The notes beneath the pieces were generated by a model. It searched no databases, was not told the origin of the DNA, and saw only the letters and a list, made by a program, of their open reading frames with translations. A stretch of 43,309 bases of DNA, from the IMG/VR virus record IMGVR_UViG_3300027852_000073. One strand, given 5' to 3'. The DNA is from a virus. How positions within the stretch are numbered: position 1 is the first letter of the stretch; each line of letters opens with the position of its first letter. The translations under genes and the position numbers were made by a program. Shown here piece by piece: positions 35,068 through 42,749 of this stretch.

Positions 35068-35344
35068 TTTCCCTCCTTTCAAACCAAAATAAAAACATTA
35101 AATTACATGCAGCATGAAGTAAATGAGATAGTCCTGATTCTTTATCCATAAGTGAACCAGCCCTCCATTCCATTAAATGCCTCATAACCGCTCCATAATA
35201 TCTGTCTTGTGGATCTCTTAAAGTTTGCCAGTTATATGGCTTATATTTTTTAGCACCAAACGTCAAAACTTTTCCAATTCCACTGATAAAAGTAGGGTTA
35301 ATTAAATCTAGCCTATTTTTATCGTTATCTAACTTTTTACTCAT
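35048..35344 (-). CDS. dGTP_diPhyd_N-like (dATP/dGTP diphosphohydrolase N-terminal domain-like) protein, 98 aa
   Basis: GAKKYKPYNW ... RHL ... DKESGLSHLLHAACNLMFL resembles PF18909-type proteins as I recall them. GGAGGA RBS. Confidence 0.55.
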   Translation of the reverse strand: MSKKLDNDKNRLDLINPTFISGIGKVLTFGAKKYKPYNWQTLRDPQDRYYGAVMRHLMEWRAGSLMDKESGLSHLLHAACNLMFLFWFERRENDKEEI

Positions 35345-35361
35345 AGATTATCCTCCAGTTA

Positions 35362-35392
35362 AAAAGGCCGTGTATTATACACGGCCTTTTTT
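35362..35392. terminator. Bidirectional rho-independent terminator
   Basis: AAAAA GGCCGTGTA, loop TTA, TACACGGCC TTTTT. It sits 3' of minus-strand gene 35423..36001. Confidence 0.85.
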
Positions 35393-35422
35393 GGAATTAC
35401 TTAAGTGAGGAGCCAGGGATTA

Positions 35423-36001
35423 TTATTTATTTTTTCCTTTCTTATTTTTTTTACCCTTGGTTATTTCATAGGGAACTTCATAAATTGGAACTTCATCAAC
35501 TGGAGCTTCATCAACTGGAGCTTCATCAACTGGAGCTTCATCAACTGGAGCTTCACCAACTGGAGCTTCACCAACTGGAGCTTCAGCAAGAATTTTTTCG
35601 GCTGCACCAAGCTCAAGTTCCGCAATCTTAAATTCCGCATCAGCTTTGATAAATTTTAACTCGTTCAGTTTGTTTGCTTTATCAGCTTCATGACGTTTCT
35701 TTGCATTGTCAAATGCGGATGCCGCTCTTGTGGATCTTTTTTCAGCACGTTCAACACGTTGGGCAGGTGTAAGGTTTTTTGTAACTGCAGTTCCTGACTC
35801 TGCCTTGTGTGCATCCCACTCCTCCCCGGTAACAATCTTAAATGTGCCATCTTCTTGCTTCATAGGGCAGTTACCCATCATCCTCATATAAGTGAATTGT
35901 GATGCAAGACCCTTTTCAGTAGTTCCTGTTAATAAAAGCAACGATTCTTTTGTTGCTCCACCCTTTTCAATTGCAATCTTAATGTCATCTCTCATTGCCA
36001 T
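35423..36001 (-). CDS. Winged-helix-like DNA-binding protein with a basic helical region and a C-terminal (EAPV[GD])n repeat; paralogous wHTH to 1018..1371
   Basis: ATG at 36001 with a GGAGG RBS. TEKGLASQFTYMRMMG aligns with STKNVSSQLTYLRTDG of the 1018..1371 protein. The gene has its own promoter and terminator. Confidence 0.75.
   Translation of the reverse strand: MAMRDDIKIAIEKGGATKESLLLLTGTTEKGLASQFTYMRMMGNCPMKQEDGTFKIVTGEEWDAHKAESGTAVTKNLTPAQRVERAEKRSTRAASAFDNAKKRHEADKANKLNELKFIKADAEFKIAELELGAAEKILAEAPVGEAPVGEAPVDEAPVDEAPVDEAPVDEVPIYEVPYEITKGKKNKKGKNK
35476..35580 (-). repeat. In-frame 15-bp tandem repeat x7 (plus-strand unit CTTCATCAACTGGAG; encodes EAPVD/EAPVG)
   Basis: Four identical units span 35491..35550 and two CTTCACCAACTGGAG units span 35551..35580. 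One diverged unit lies at 35476. Confidence 0.95.
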
Positions 36002-36065
36002 AAATAAAATCCTCCATGTTAAAGGTTCATGTTGCTTAATTGCCATATGCAATTACTTATAAATA

Positions 36066-36094
36066 ATTATATAGTTTTTAATGCCAAAAGTAAA
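36066..36094 (-). promoter_or_regulatory. Early promoter, family member D (TTTACT-N17-TATAAT)
   Basis: Minus strand: TTTACTTTTGG...TATAAT. The -35 hexamer is at 36094..36089 and the -10 hexamer at 36071..36066. Confidence 0.55.
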
Positions 36095-36110
36095 TGCGTA
36101 ATACTAAAAA

Positions 36111-37274
36111 TTATTCAGATATATCTGCAAACACATCAATCGCTTTGGAATCAGTTTGTATTGCTGGACGGCCATCTGATTCAGGAACCATAGAAATCTT
36201 ACCATCTGGAGTTTCAAAAAGCTGTTTAAATGCATCATTTTTCTTGAGAGTTCTAAGTTCCTTTTCAAGTTGACTGGGTGAACGAAGTTTAGATGTGAAC
36301 AACTCTTCAATAGACGTATTCTTGGCCAACCAAGTAATAGCAGCATTTTCATCTACCCATTTTCTATTAGCTCTACCTCTAATCAACTTCATCCCTGGAA
36401 CATCATTTCCCTTTGTTAGTTCTGTCTGTAAGTACAACCTTATACTCTTAATAGCATCTTCTACCAAAGGAGCCAATTTAATCAATTCAACTAAACTCTC
36501 CATTGACGAGCATGTAGCAAGCTTTTCTTTGGCATCAAAGAGCTTAACTGCTGTTTCTTCTGCAAATCTCATTCGTGCTTCACAATGGTTCTTAGCTTCA
36601 CACCACCTACATTGATCTATTCCAGGATTGAACTTATCAATTCCTGAAGATTGGCATTTATTTAATGCAATAGCAAGAACACCATGGACCCAATCATACA
36701 ATTCATGAATTGAGAGTTCCCATGTATCATAATGATCAATAGCTGGTTGCACAATATGTAGAGTTATTGTTTGGACACCTGTAGGCCAACTAAGAACACC
36801 CGCTGCATATGCTAACAACTGAGGATTTTCTTTGGCATAGACTGTAATACCCGCGCCAAATTTCCAATCAATAATATCTGCATGCCGTTTAATAGGGTTT
36901 ATAATGCTATAATCAAGAGTACCCCAAACATCACGGATACCCCAGGATGATAAATAAACAATTAATTCTGATTTTATTATTAAATTAGAATGCCCAATAC
37001 TTTTGAAAACTAAATCTAAATACTCTGTAGCATCCTCTATAAGAACTCTATCATCTAACTCTAACCCATCAAGAGCTTTAACATTGTGATTTCCAGGACT
37101 AATATAATGTTTTTCTATAACACTATGAAGCATAGTCCCATGAGCTGCATCTACACTAGCTTTTTTCTCTGCTATTGTAGATGTAATCATAAGATTTTCT
37201 ATTAACTCAACTGACCCCGGACAAGCAATAATCCTGGACAATCTAGACGGGCTATAATTTGAATGTTGTGCCAT
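36111..37274 (-). CDS. DUF2800-family PD-(D/E)xK (Cas4-like) nuclease
   Basis: N-terminal YSPSRLSRIIACPGS, typical of DUF2800. C-terminal Cys cluster (CRWCEAKNHC). Lies next to the DUF2815/PolA module. Confidence 0.8.
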   Translation of the reverse strand: MAQHSNYSPSRLSRIIACPGSVELIENLMITSTIAEKKASVDAAHGTMLHSVIEKHYISPGNHNVKALDGLELDDRVLIEDATEYLDLVFKSIGHSNLIIKSELIVYLSSWGIRDVWGTLDYSIINPIKRHADIIDWKFGAGITVYAKENPQLLAYAAGVLSWPTGVQTITLHIVQPAIDHYDTWELSIHELYDWVHGVLAIALNKCQSSGIDKFNPGIDQCRWCEAKNHCEARMRFAEETAVKLFDAKEKLATCSSMESLVELIKLAPLVEDAIKSIRLYLQTELTKGNDVPGMKLIRGRANRKWVDENAAITWLAKNTSIEELFTSKLRSPSQLEKELRTLKKNDAFKQLFETPDGKISMVPESDGRPAIQTDSKAIDVFADISE

Positions 37275-37280
37275 TACTTT

Positions 37281-37466
37281 TTACCTCCTTTTTCTTTTAA
37301 CTTCAGAAATTTCTGTTATTGTATATGGTAATTTTGTAAGTTTAGTATAACCACAATCACACCTTAATAAAAAATCATATTTATTTGTGCTATGAGGAGT
37401 AAAAATCAAAAGTGTTCTAAATTTATGTCTATGGAATAACTCTTTTAATTTGTTTTTTATACTCAT
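37281..37466 (-). CDS. Small Cys/His protein (61 aa)
   Basis: GGAGGGAAT RBS. Contains HRHKF ... CDCG. Confidence 0.7.
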   Translation of the reverse strand: MSIKNKLKELFHRHKFRTLLIFTPHSTNKYDFLLRCDCGYTKLTKLPYTITEISEVKRKRR

Positions 37467-37486
37467 ATTCCCTCCATTTTGAGTAA

Positions 37487-37529
37487 AAATATTCCAACCA
37501 GTTTTCTCATAAAACTGGTTGGAATATTT
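37487..37529. terminator. Perfect 19-bp-stem hairpin (intrinsic terminator or processing site)
   Basis: AAATATTCCAACCAGTTTT (37487..37505), loop CTCAT, AAAACTGGTTGGAATATTT (37511..37529). On the minus strand the 3' arm runs into TTTTT. Confidence 0.7.
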
Positions 37530-37585
37530 AATTACTATTAAAATTCTTACAATAATTTATTATATTATATTGTATTCTACTACCA

Positions 37586-37780
37586 TTATTTAATTACCTC
37601 CTTTATTTGAAAATTGTCCCTCATACCTCCAAAATAATATTTTATTGAAGCATGATTCACTTCTAATTTTGCAGCAAGTCTTTTTGTCATCAAAAAGAAT
37701 GCTTTGTTAATGGTTGAAGCATGTCTAAAGAAATTATGAAGTTCACCATAATAATTGAATTTTCCCTCATATAGTGCCAT
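37586..37780 (-). CDS. Hypothetical protein (64 aa)
   Basis: AGGAG RBS. Confidence 0.7.
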   Translation of the reverse strand: MALYEGKFNYYGELHNFFRHASTINKAFFLMTKRLAAKLEVNHASIKYYFGGMRDNFQIKEVIK

Positions 37781-37795
37781 TTATACTCCTATAGC

Positions 37796-37978
37796 TTATG
37801 TTGGTAGTCCAGTAACTGGATCTATAGTAATTCCTCTCCAATCTTTTTTTATAAAGAAACGTCCATTTTGATAATCAAAAATTAATTCATCAGTTGTTTT
37901 AGATTGTTTGATATTAGTTGCACCTATTATTTTTAACTTTTTTAATAAATCTTTAAAAATTTTAAGATCTTCAGCCAT
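37796..37978 (-). CDS. Hypothetical protein (60 aa)
   Basis: GGAGGA RBS lying inside the 3' end of the upstream small ORF. Confidence 0.7.
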   Translation of the reverse strand: MAEDLKIFKDLLKKLKIIGATNIKQSKTTDELIFDYQNGRFFIKKDWRGITIDPVTGLPT

Positions 37979-37982
37979 AATA

Positions 37983-38090
37983 TTATCCTCCTATAGCTTT
38001 AAAACACCAAAAGTAACCAAATATTGTGCCAAGAAAAAAGAAAAATAAAAACATAATAATATAATCTAATGGTTCTGTAAATAGTTTCAT
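37983..38090 (-). CDS. Small hydrophobic membrane peptide, 35 aa (not in the ORF track)
   Basis: AAGGAG RBS. The ATG is 1 nt after the stop of the repeat protein. Sequence: MKLFTEPLDYIIMFLFFFFLGTIFGYFWCFKAIGG. Confidence 0.5.
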   Translation of the reverse strand: MKLFTEPLDYIIMFLFFFFLGTIFGYFWCFKAIGG

Positions 38091-38091
38091 T

Positions 38092-38916
38092 TTACTCCTT
38101 TATGTTTTTCCAATTTGGTATTCTATTTAAAGGATTAGAAAATAATTCCCAAAAAACAGGTTGTATTACTTTTTTATAGTTATCCCGTGCAAGTTGTCTT
38201 ACTTTTTCATAGTTATCCCATGCAGGTTGTCTTACTTTTTCATAGTTATCCCATGCAGGTTGTCTTATTTTTTCATGGTTATCCCATGCAAATTGTATTA
38301 CTTTTTCATAGTTATCCCATGCAGATTGTTTTACTTTTTCATAATTATCCCGTGCAGATTTTTCTACTTTTTCATAGTTATCCCGTGCAGGTTGTGTTAC
38401 TTTTTCATAGTTATCCCATGCGAGTTGTCTTACTTTTTCATAGTTATCCCATGCAGGTTGTGTTACTTTTTCATAGTTATCCCATGCAAGTTGTATTACT
38501 TTTTCATAGTTATCCCATGCAGGTTGTCTTATTTTTTCATGGTTATCCCATGCAAATTGTATTACTTTTTCATAGTTATCCCGTGCAGGTTGTCTTACTT
38601 TTTCATATTTATACCATGCAGATTGTTCTAAAAGTTCTGGAATAATTGCTATTTGACTAAATTCACCAAGTATAATCTTTTTTACAATTTCTTGTGGAAA
38701 GTTATTTATATCTGAAAAATCAGTACATTCCATTCTTTTTCCTTGTTTACTTGATAACCCAAAATATTCACGAATGGCTCCATGTCCTTTTATTTCTTCA
38801 TAAAAATTATAATTCAGTTTTCTACAAAGTTCTTTACCATCCGGGGTATTTAATTCATAATTAGAAATATACAAAAGTTTACCTTTATATTCTATCCAAC
38901 TTATAAATTCACACAT
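38092..38916 (-). CDS. Early protein with a ~97-aa N-terminal domain plus 14 tandem 11-residue repeats (Q.AWDNYEKV.)
   Basis: AAGGAG RBS. It is in the same operon and orientation as its neighbours. The repeat length is a multiple of 3 nt and the frame is conserved. Confidence 0.8.
   Translation of the reverse strand: MCEFISWIEYKGKLLYISNYELNTPDGKELCRKLNYNFYEEIKGHGAIREYFGLSSKQGKRMECTDFSDINNFPQEIVKKIILGEFSQIAIIPELLEQSAWYKYEKVRQPARDNYEKVIQFAWDNHEKIRQPAWDNYEKVIQLAWDNYEKVTQPAWDNYEKVRQLAWDNYEKVTQPARDNYEKVEKSARDNYEKVKQSAWDNYEKVIQFAWDNHEKIRQPAWDNYEKVRQPAWDNYEKVRQLARDNYKKVIQPVFWELFSNPLNRIPNWKNIKE
38164..38625 (-). repeat. In-frame 33-bp tandem repeat x14
   Basis: 14 units encode Q[PLFS]A[WR]DN[YH]EK[VI]x. 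Units 2-3 recur as units 10-11, which indicates a higher-order duplication. Confidence 0.95.
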
Positions 38917-38918
38917 TT

Positions 38919-39146
38919 TTACTCCTTTACAAAATCTTTAAGAATTTTACGAACTTCTTTGGCTTCCTTACCTCTCCAATAAACTATGTTGTTTAAAACA
39001 TAAAGACATTGTACTTTAAGTGAATATCCTGTCATAGCCAATCCTGTTTCTGCATAATTAATGGCATAGTTTAAAGCTTTAGCCTCTTTGTTTTTCACAA
39101 TAACTTTTAATGCTTCACGAACTACATCTTCATGAGCTTTTCCCAT
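38919..39146 (-). CDS. Hypothetical protein (75 aa)
   Basis: GGAGGA RBS. Confidence 0.75.
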   Translation of the reverse strand: MGKAHEDVVREALKVIVKNKEAKALNYAINYAETGLAMTGYSLKVQCLYVLNNIVYWRGKEAKEVRKILKDFVKE

Positions 39147-39271
39147 TAGTTTGTCCTCCGCTTATCCAATTTTGCTTGAAGTTTCTTAGCTTGTTTTTAA
39201 GAATTGCCAATGGGTTACTGGCAAACTCTTTCTCCAACCTTCTAAGTTTCTTTTCTAACTCAATGATAAAT

Positions 39272-39403
39272 TTATTCCTTGTTTAACTCAATTTTAGCCA
39301 ATCTTCCAAGTTCTTCTCTATCTTCAGATGATAATTCTTTAAGCTCTGGTAAACTTACTTTTCTTCCAGAATCTCCTGCCCCTACATTTGAAATTGTTGC
39401 CAT
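39272..39403 (-). CDS. Small ORF, 43 aa (not in the ORF track)
   Basis: AGGAGGG RBS 7 nt upstream of the ATG. It is the first ORF downstream of promoter 39460..39488. Confidence 0.5.
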   Translation of the reverse strand: MATISNVGAGDSGRKVSLPELKELSSEDREELGRLAKIELNKE

Positions 39404-39459
39404 GTTTCATCCCTCCTGTTTGGTAGTTAATAGTTAACTTATTTACCTTCATATAATTC

Positions 39460-39488
39460 ATTATACTAAGTTTTCAGCTAAAAGTAAA
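39460..39488 (-). promoter_or_regulatory. Early promoter, family member C (TTTACT-N17-TATAAT)
   Basis: Minus strand: TTTACTTTTAG...TATAAT. The -35 hexamer is at 39488..39483 and the -10 hexamer at 39465..39460. Confidence 0.55.
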
Positions 39489-39521
39489 CACATAATATCA
39501 AAAGAAAAGAAATAATTCTAT

Positions 39522-39734
39522 TTATAATGAAGCTAAATGGTGACATAATTCTTTTGCTGCTATTGTAGCAGCATTACCACAATTTTCACAAAAAACTACA
39601 GTTTGTTTTAATCCTTTATCTTTAAAATATATATTATTATGAGTTATTATATCTTTAAAACTAATTGATAATCCATAAAATATATCATGACCTAAAATTA
39701 ATTCTTTTTGGCAATTGAAACATTTATATTTCAT
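39522..39734 (-). CDS. Zinc-ribbon protein (70 aa)
   Basis: CFNC ... CENC. ATG at 39734 with an AAAGGTGG RBS. Confidence 0.7.
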   Translation of the reverse strand: MKYKCFNCQKELILGHDIFYGLSISFKDIITHNNIYFKDKGLKQTVVFCENCGNAATIAAKELCHHLASL

Positions 39735-39750
39735 AATATCCACCTTTTTC

Positions 39751-39966
39751 TTATTTACTTGTATAGAGAAAACAACTTATTACTTTACAGTTATTACCTG
39801 TGACATTAACTCCACACTTAGCTGACTGTATTCTAATAGTACAATTTTTAAGTGTTGAATTAGGTCCAACTAATTTAACAGCTGCTATAATAGGCCGTTC
39901 TAATAATAGCCCAGTCAACCAACATATAATACAATAACAACAAAAAAGTAAAATCCAAGGAATCAT
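39751..39966 (-). CDS. Small membrane protein (71 aa) with an N-terminal Cys-rich TM helix
   Basis: MIPWILLFCCYCIICWLTGLLL. GGAGGA RBS. Confidence 0.7.
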   Translation of the reverse strand: MIPWILLFCCYCIICWLTGLLLERPIIAAVKLVGPNSTLKNCTIRIQSAKCGVNVTGNNCKVISCFLYTSK

Positions 39967-39979
39967 TTTTATCCTCCTT

Positions 39980-40129
39980 TTATTTAATATTTATTCGGTA
40001 TATATCGTCTCTTAATTCATCAACATCTTGATTTAATTCATCCAATTTTTCTATTATTTTATTGATAGTTTCAATTATAGTAGGAACATAAGTATTGTTT
40101 GTATAAATTGGCATATCAATTTTTTTCAT
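39980..40129 (-). CDS. Small coiled-coil ORF, 49 aa (not in the ORF track)
   Basis: AGGAGGA RBS. It fills the gap between the primase gene and 39751..39966. Confidence 0.55.
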   Translation of the reverse strand: MKKIDMPIYTNNTYVPTIIETINKIIEKLDELNQDVDELRDDIYRINIK

Positions 40130-40141
40130 TTTGTCCTCCTT

Positions 40142-42505
40142 TTATTCAAAGTCTGTATTCTTTGGTGGCATGACATATTTAACCCATTGTCCTTGTGTGA
40201 TTATCCCATTTTCAATAGAACCTTTGTATCTTCTGAGGGGTTTCATTCTGTTTGTAGTATGTGTATAATTGCCACACAACCGTTTAAGCAAGTGTTTTAA
40301 TTCTGCAGGTTTAATTTGAAGAGTGGGGTATCTTTGTTTTATGGCACCAAGTATTTCACTCATCTTTGAAAGCTCTTTATTACGTTGAATACTTATATTT
40401 TCATACTCAGCAGGTTTACTGTGAAAGTTCATATCAAAATCAAAAACATCTCTAAGTATGATTTCCATATTAGATTGAGCTCTAAATTCTTCATTTACTT
40501 TATATTGTAGTTTTATAGTTTCTTTAGATAGTTTCCAGGGATGAATGCCATTAGTCATAGCCTTTTTTCCTTTAGCTATATATTCTTTGTAAAAGTGATG
40601 CCAATTAATATTTTCCATTGCAGTTGTATTAATATATCTCACATCTATCATAGCCAATCTTCTATTACTATCTTGTTCAAATGCTAAACTTCTTCTGTTT
40701 GTTGTTCCTGCCAAAACAGCATTCTTGAATTCTTTCCTCATAGACTTCTCATAAATGGGGACATAGTCAATTACATCTGAGGTTACATAAGTCTTAAACA
40801 GTGAGTCATTCTTTTTATTGTAGAAGATTTCAAATTCATCTGTGACAACAAGAGCAGACGTTACCAAAGAAGTTGCAAAGTCTCGTATGGATTTGGCTCC
40901 TCCAAGTGTTTCTGTTGAGTTAGTAACAAATTGTCTCCTTAAATTAGGTGGAAACAGCATCGAGAAAAAGGTAGTTTTTCTACAGTTTTCTGGTCCTGTC
41001 ATAACAAGCATAAAGCTTCGCTGAGAGTATTTCCTTTCTATATTATAAAGGGGCATCATCATTTCAAAAAAGAAAGTATCAAAATAGTTTTTGGCTAATT
41101 CAATGTCTTGTGTTACATTGAACTTTATACACGACATCAGAAAATTTAAATTTGATTTCTTAATATCTGTTTTTTTTTCAATCATATCCTTTGACAACTC
41201 TTCCTCAGGAGTATCCAACCACAACTTGAGCATATTTACTGTCTTTACATTATCCATTAAATATGCACTAAACAATGGTGATATAGTTGAGTAGGTCACA
41301 TTGGCATATCCATTCTTTTGTGCAATCACCCAAAATTTAAATTTAAGTTCCTCAACTGAATAAGGTCCTATCATCCCAAAATAGTCTGATATATTTTCTT
41401 TACCAAAGAAAAACTTATTTAGTATGTCTTCGTCTGCTTTGACATAAAAGCTACCATTAAATATATCCTGACACAAATGAATATTAAAGTAGTTCATCAT
41501 ATATTCAAAGTTTTCACATGAATTTATCATGGGCTTTCCAGTAGGATTGCCTTGTTTGTCATAGGCTTCTTGTGGCCATTGAAACTTCAACATTTGAGCA
41601 AACTTGAACAATGTGTGGAATGTTATACCTGATTCCTTTTGGGATAGTGAGGACCAATGTTTTATTACATCTTCTTCACTTTCAAAGGATTTATTATCAG
41701 TTTGAGACCATTCTACAACGGCAGATACTATTCTGGTCATCTGGTTTGATTTAACTGCATAATCATGACAAGCTGATAGAATCTTTAACCAATAGTCATA
41801 ATGATTGTAGTCTTGACCCGTGATAGTTTTGTAAACTGTTTTAACCCTAGTTCTTTGGTCCAAAAAGCATGTATTCAGTGCATCAAGAGCTAAATTCAAT
41901 GGTGGAGTATCAGATTCAACAACCTCAGCTTTCTTAGTTTCTTCGGTTATATACCACTGTTTTAACTTTTCAGGTTTTATAGTTGCAATACCTTCACCTG
42001 CTACTTGATTCCCAGTAATGGTAACATATCCAGAGTTTATATACAACTCACCACCAATGCATAAATCTTTAGACAGACTAGCTCTACCAGGAAGACTATC
42101 TTTATTTTCACAGTGCATTAATATCCTGACACCACATCCCGATGGTGATATCTCCGCATATGAATTATGTTTTGCCATAAACTCTTGAAACTCTTTTGAC
42201 AATCGTGACATATCAAAGGCTCTTTTGCCAAGTTTGGCATCTTTGTCATCAACATCAAACGCTACCAAGTCAGTATGTTTATTTATCTTAATCCCAGGAT
42301 ACCCATCTTTAATGGCTTCTTCAAACGTCACACCCCATTGATCTGCATCTACAGAATGGCCTTGCTGAGCACAAGGTGGTTTGGAGAACGTACCATCTTT
42401 ATTAGGGCGAAAATAGTAAGCCAACCAAATTTTTGATTCTCTGATTTCTTTTGGAATATTTGCAGTTATTTGATTTATGACATCAGTTTTATTCAGTTTT
42501 GGCAT
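40142..42505 (-). CDS. Primase-helicase fusion: N-terminal AEP (prim-pol-like) domain plus C-terminal VirE/D5-like SF3 P-loop NTPase
   Basis: AEP motifs LVAFDVDD and ISPSGCGVRIL. P-loop VMTGPENCRKTT. Walker B LVVTDEFE. 787 aa. Confidence 0.85.
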   Translation of the reverse strand: MPKLNKTDVINQITANIPKEIRESKIWLAYYFRPNKDGTFSKPPCAQQGHSVDADQWGVTFEEAIKDGYPGIKINKHTDLVAFDVDDKDAKLGKRAFDMSRLSKEFQEFMAKHNSYAEISPSGCGVRILMHCENKDSLPGRASLSKDLCIGGELYINSGYVTITGNQVAGEGIATIKPEKLKQWYITEETKKAEVVESDTPPLNLALDALNTCFLDQRTRVKTVYKTITGQDYNHYDYWLKILSACHDYAVKSNQMTRIVSAVVEWSQTDNKSFESEEDVIKHWSSLSQKESGITFHTLFKFAQMLKFQWPQEAYDKQGNPTGKPMINSCENFEYMMNYFNIHLCQDIFNGSFYVKADEDILNKFFFGKENISDYFGMIGPYSVEELKFKFWVIAQKNGYANVTYSTISPLFSAYLMDNVKTVNMLKLWLDTPEEELSKDMIEKKTDIKKSNLNFLMSCIKFNVTQDIELAKNYFDTFFFEMMMPLYNIERKYSQRSFMLVMTGPENCRKTTFFSMLFPPNLRRQFVTNSTETLGGAKSIRDFATSLVTSALVVTDEFEIFYNKKNDSLFKTYVTSDVIDYVPIYEKSMRKEFKNAVLAGTTNRRSLAFEQDSNRRLAMIDVRYINTTAMENINWHHFYKEYIAKGKKAMTNGIHPWKLSKETIKLQYKVNEEFRAQSNMEIILRDVFDFDMNFHSKPAEYENISIQRNKELSKMSEILGAIKQRYPTLQIKPAELKHLLKRLCGNYTHTTNRMKPLRRYKGSIENGIITQGQWVKYVMPPKNTDFE

Positions 42506-42686
42506 TTATCAAATCCATTCTATCATATTTTTCAATTCCTGCAAATTCAAATCCTCTCCAAAGATTGCGAAGAGTAGCGTAACCAAAGGAAAAGAAATTA
42601 GCTGCTTCCTTTGCAGTATAATGGGCTTTAAATAATTCTAATGCTTTTTGTTTGTCTTCTATAGACATGTAATTTTTTGTTGACAT
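42489..42686 (-). CDS. Small HTH-like protein (65 aa)
   Basis: ATG at 42686 with an AAGGAGG RBS. YTAKEAANFFSFGYATLRNLWRGF looks like an HTH. Confidence 0.65.
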   Translation of the reverse strand: MSTKNYMSIEDKQKALELFKAHYTAKEAANFFSFGYATLRNLWRGFEFAGIEKYDRMDLINAKTE

Positions 42687-42720
42687 CTGTACCTCCTTGA
42701 TTGAATTGTTTAATAAAATC

Positions 42721-42749
42721 ATTATAGTTTGTTTTTATAAAAAAGTAAA
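42721..42749 (-). promoter_or_regulatory. Early promoter, family member B (TTTACT-N17-TATAAT)
   Basis: The -35 hexamer is at 42749..42744 and the -10 hexamer at 42726..42721 on the minus strand. The AAGGAGG RBS of the next gene lies about 25 nt downstream. Confidence 0.55.

Noticed and set aside
38161-38645. Two plus-strand ORFs (156 and 152 aa) across the 33-bp repeat array, and the idea that the array is a CRISPR locus
   Set aside because: These are antisense frames that are open only because the repeat unit lacks stops. The units abut with no unique spacers, the period is an exact multiple of 3, and the array is embedded in a well-supported minus-strand gene.
39147-39271. A 125-nt gap containing an open frame (IIELEKKLRRLEKEF...) that reads into the next gene
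   Set aside because: There is no in-frame ATG or GTG with an SD. The only candidate is a TTG immediately abutting AGAAGG. I saw no slippery sequence that would support a frameshift from the upstream 43-aa ORF.
40142-42505. Possible catalytic degeneracy of the primase-helicase (SGCGVR where many AEPs have SG.G.H; P-loop GPENCRKT lacking the second Gly)
   Set aside because: These may be normal variants of the VirE/BT4734-like clade. I cannot judge this without an alignment, so I do not raise it as a finding.
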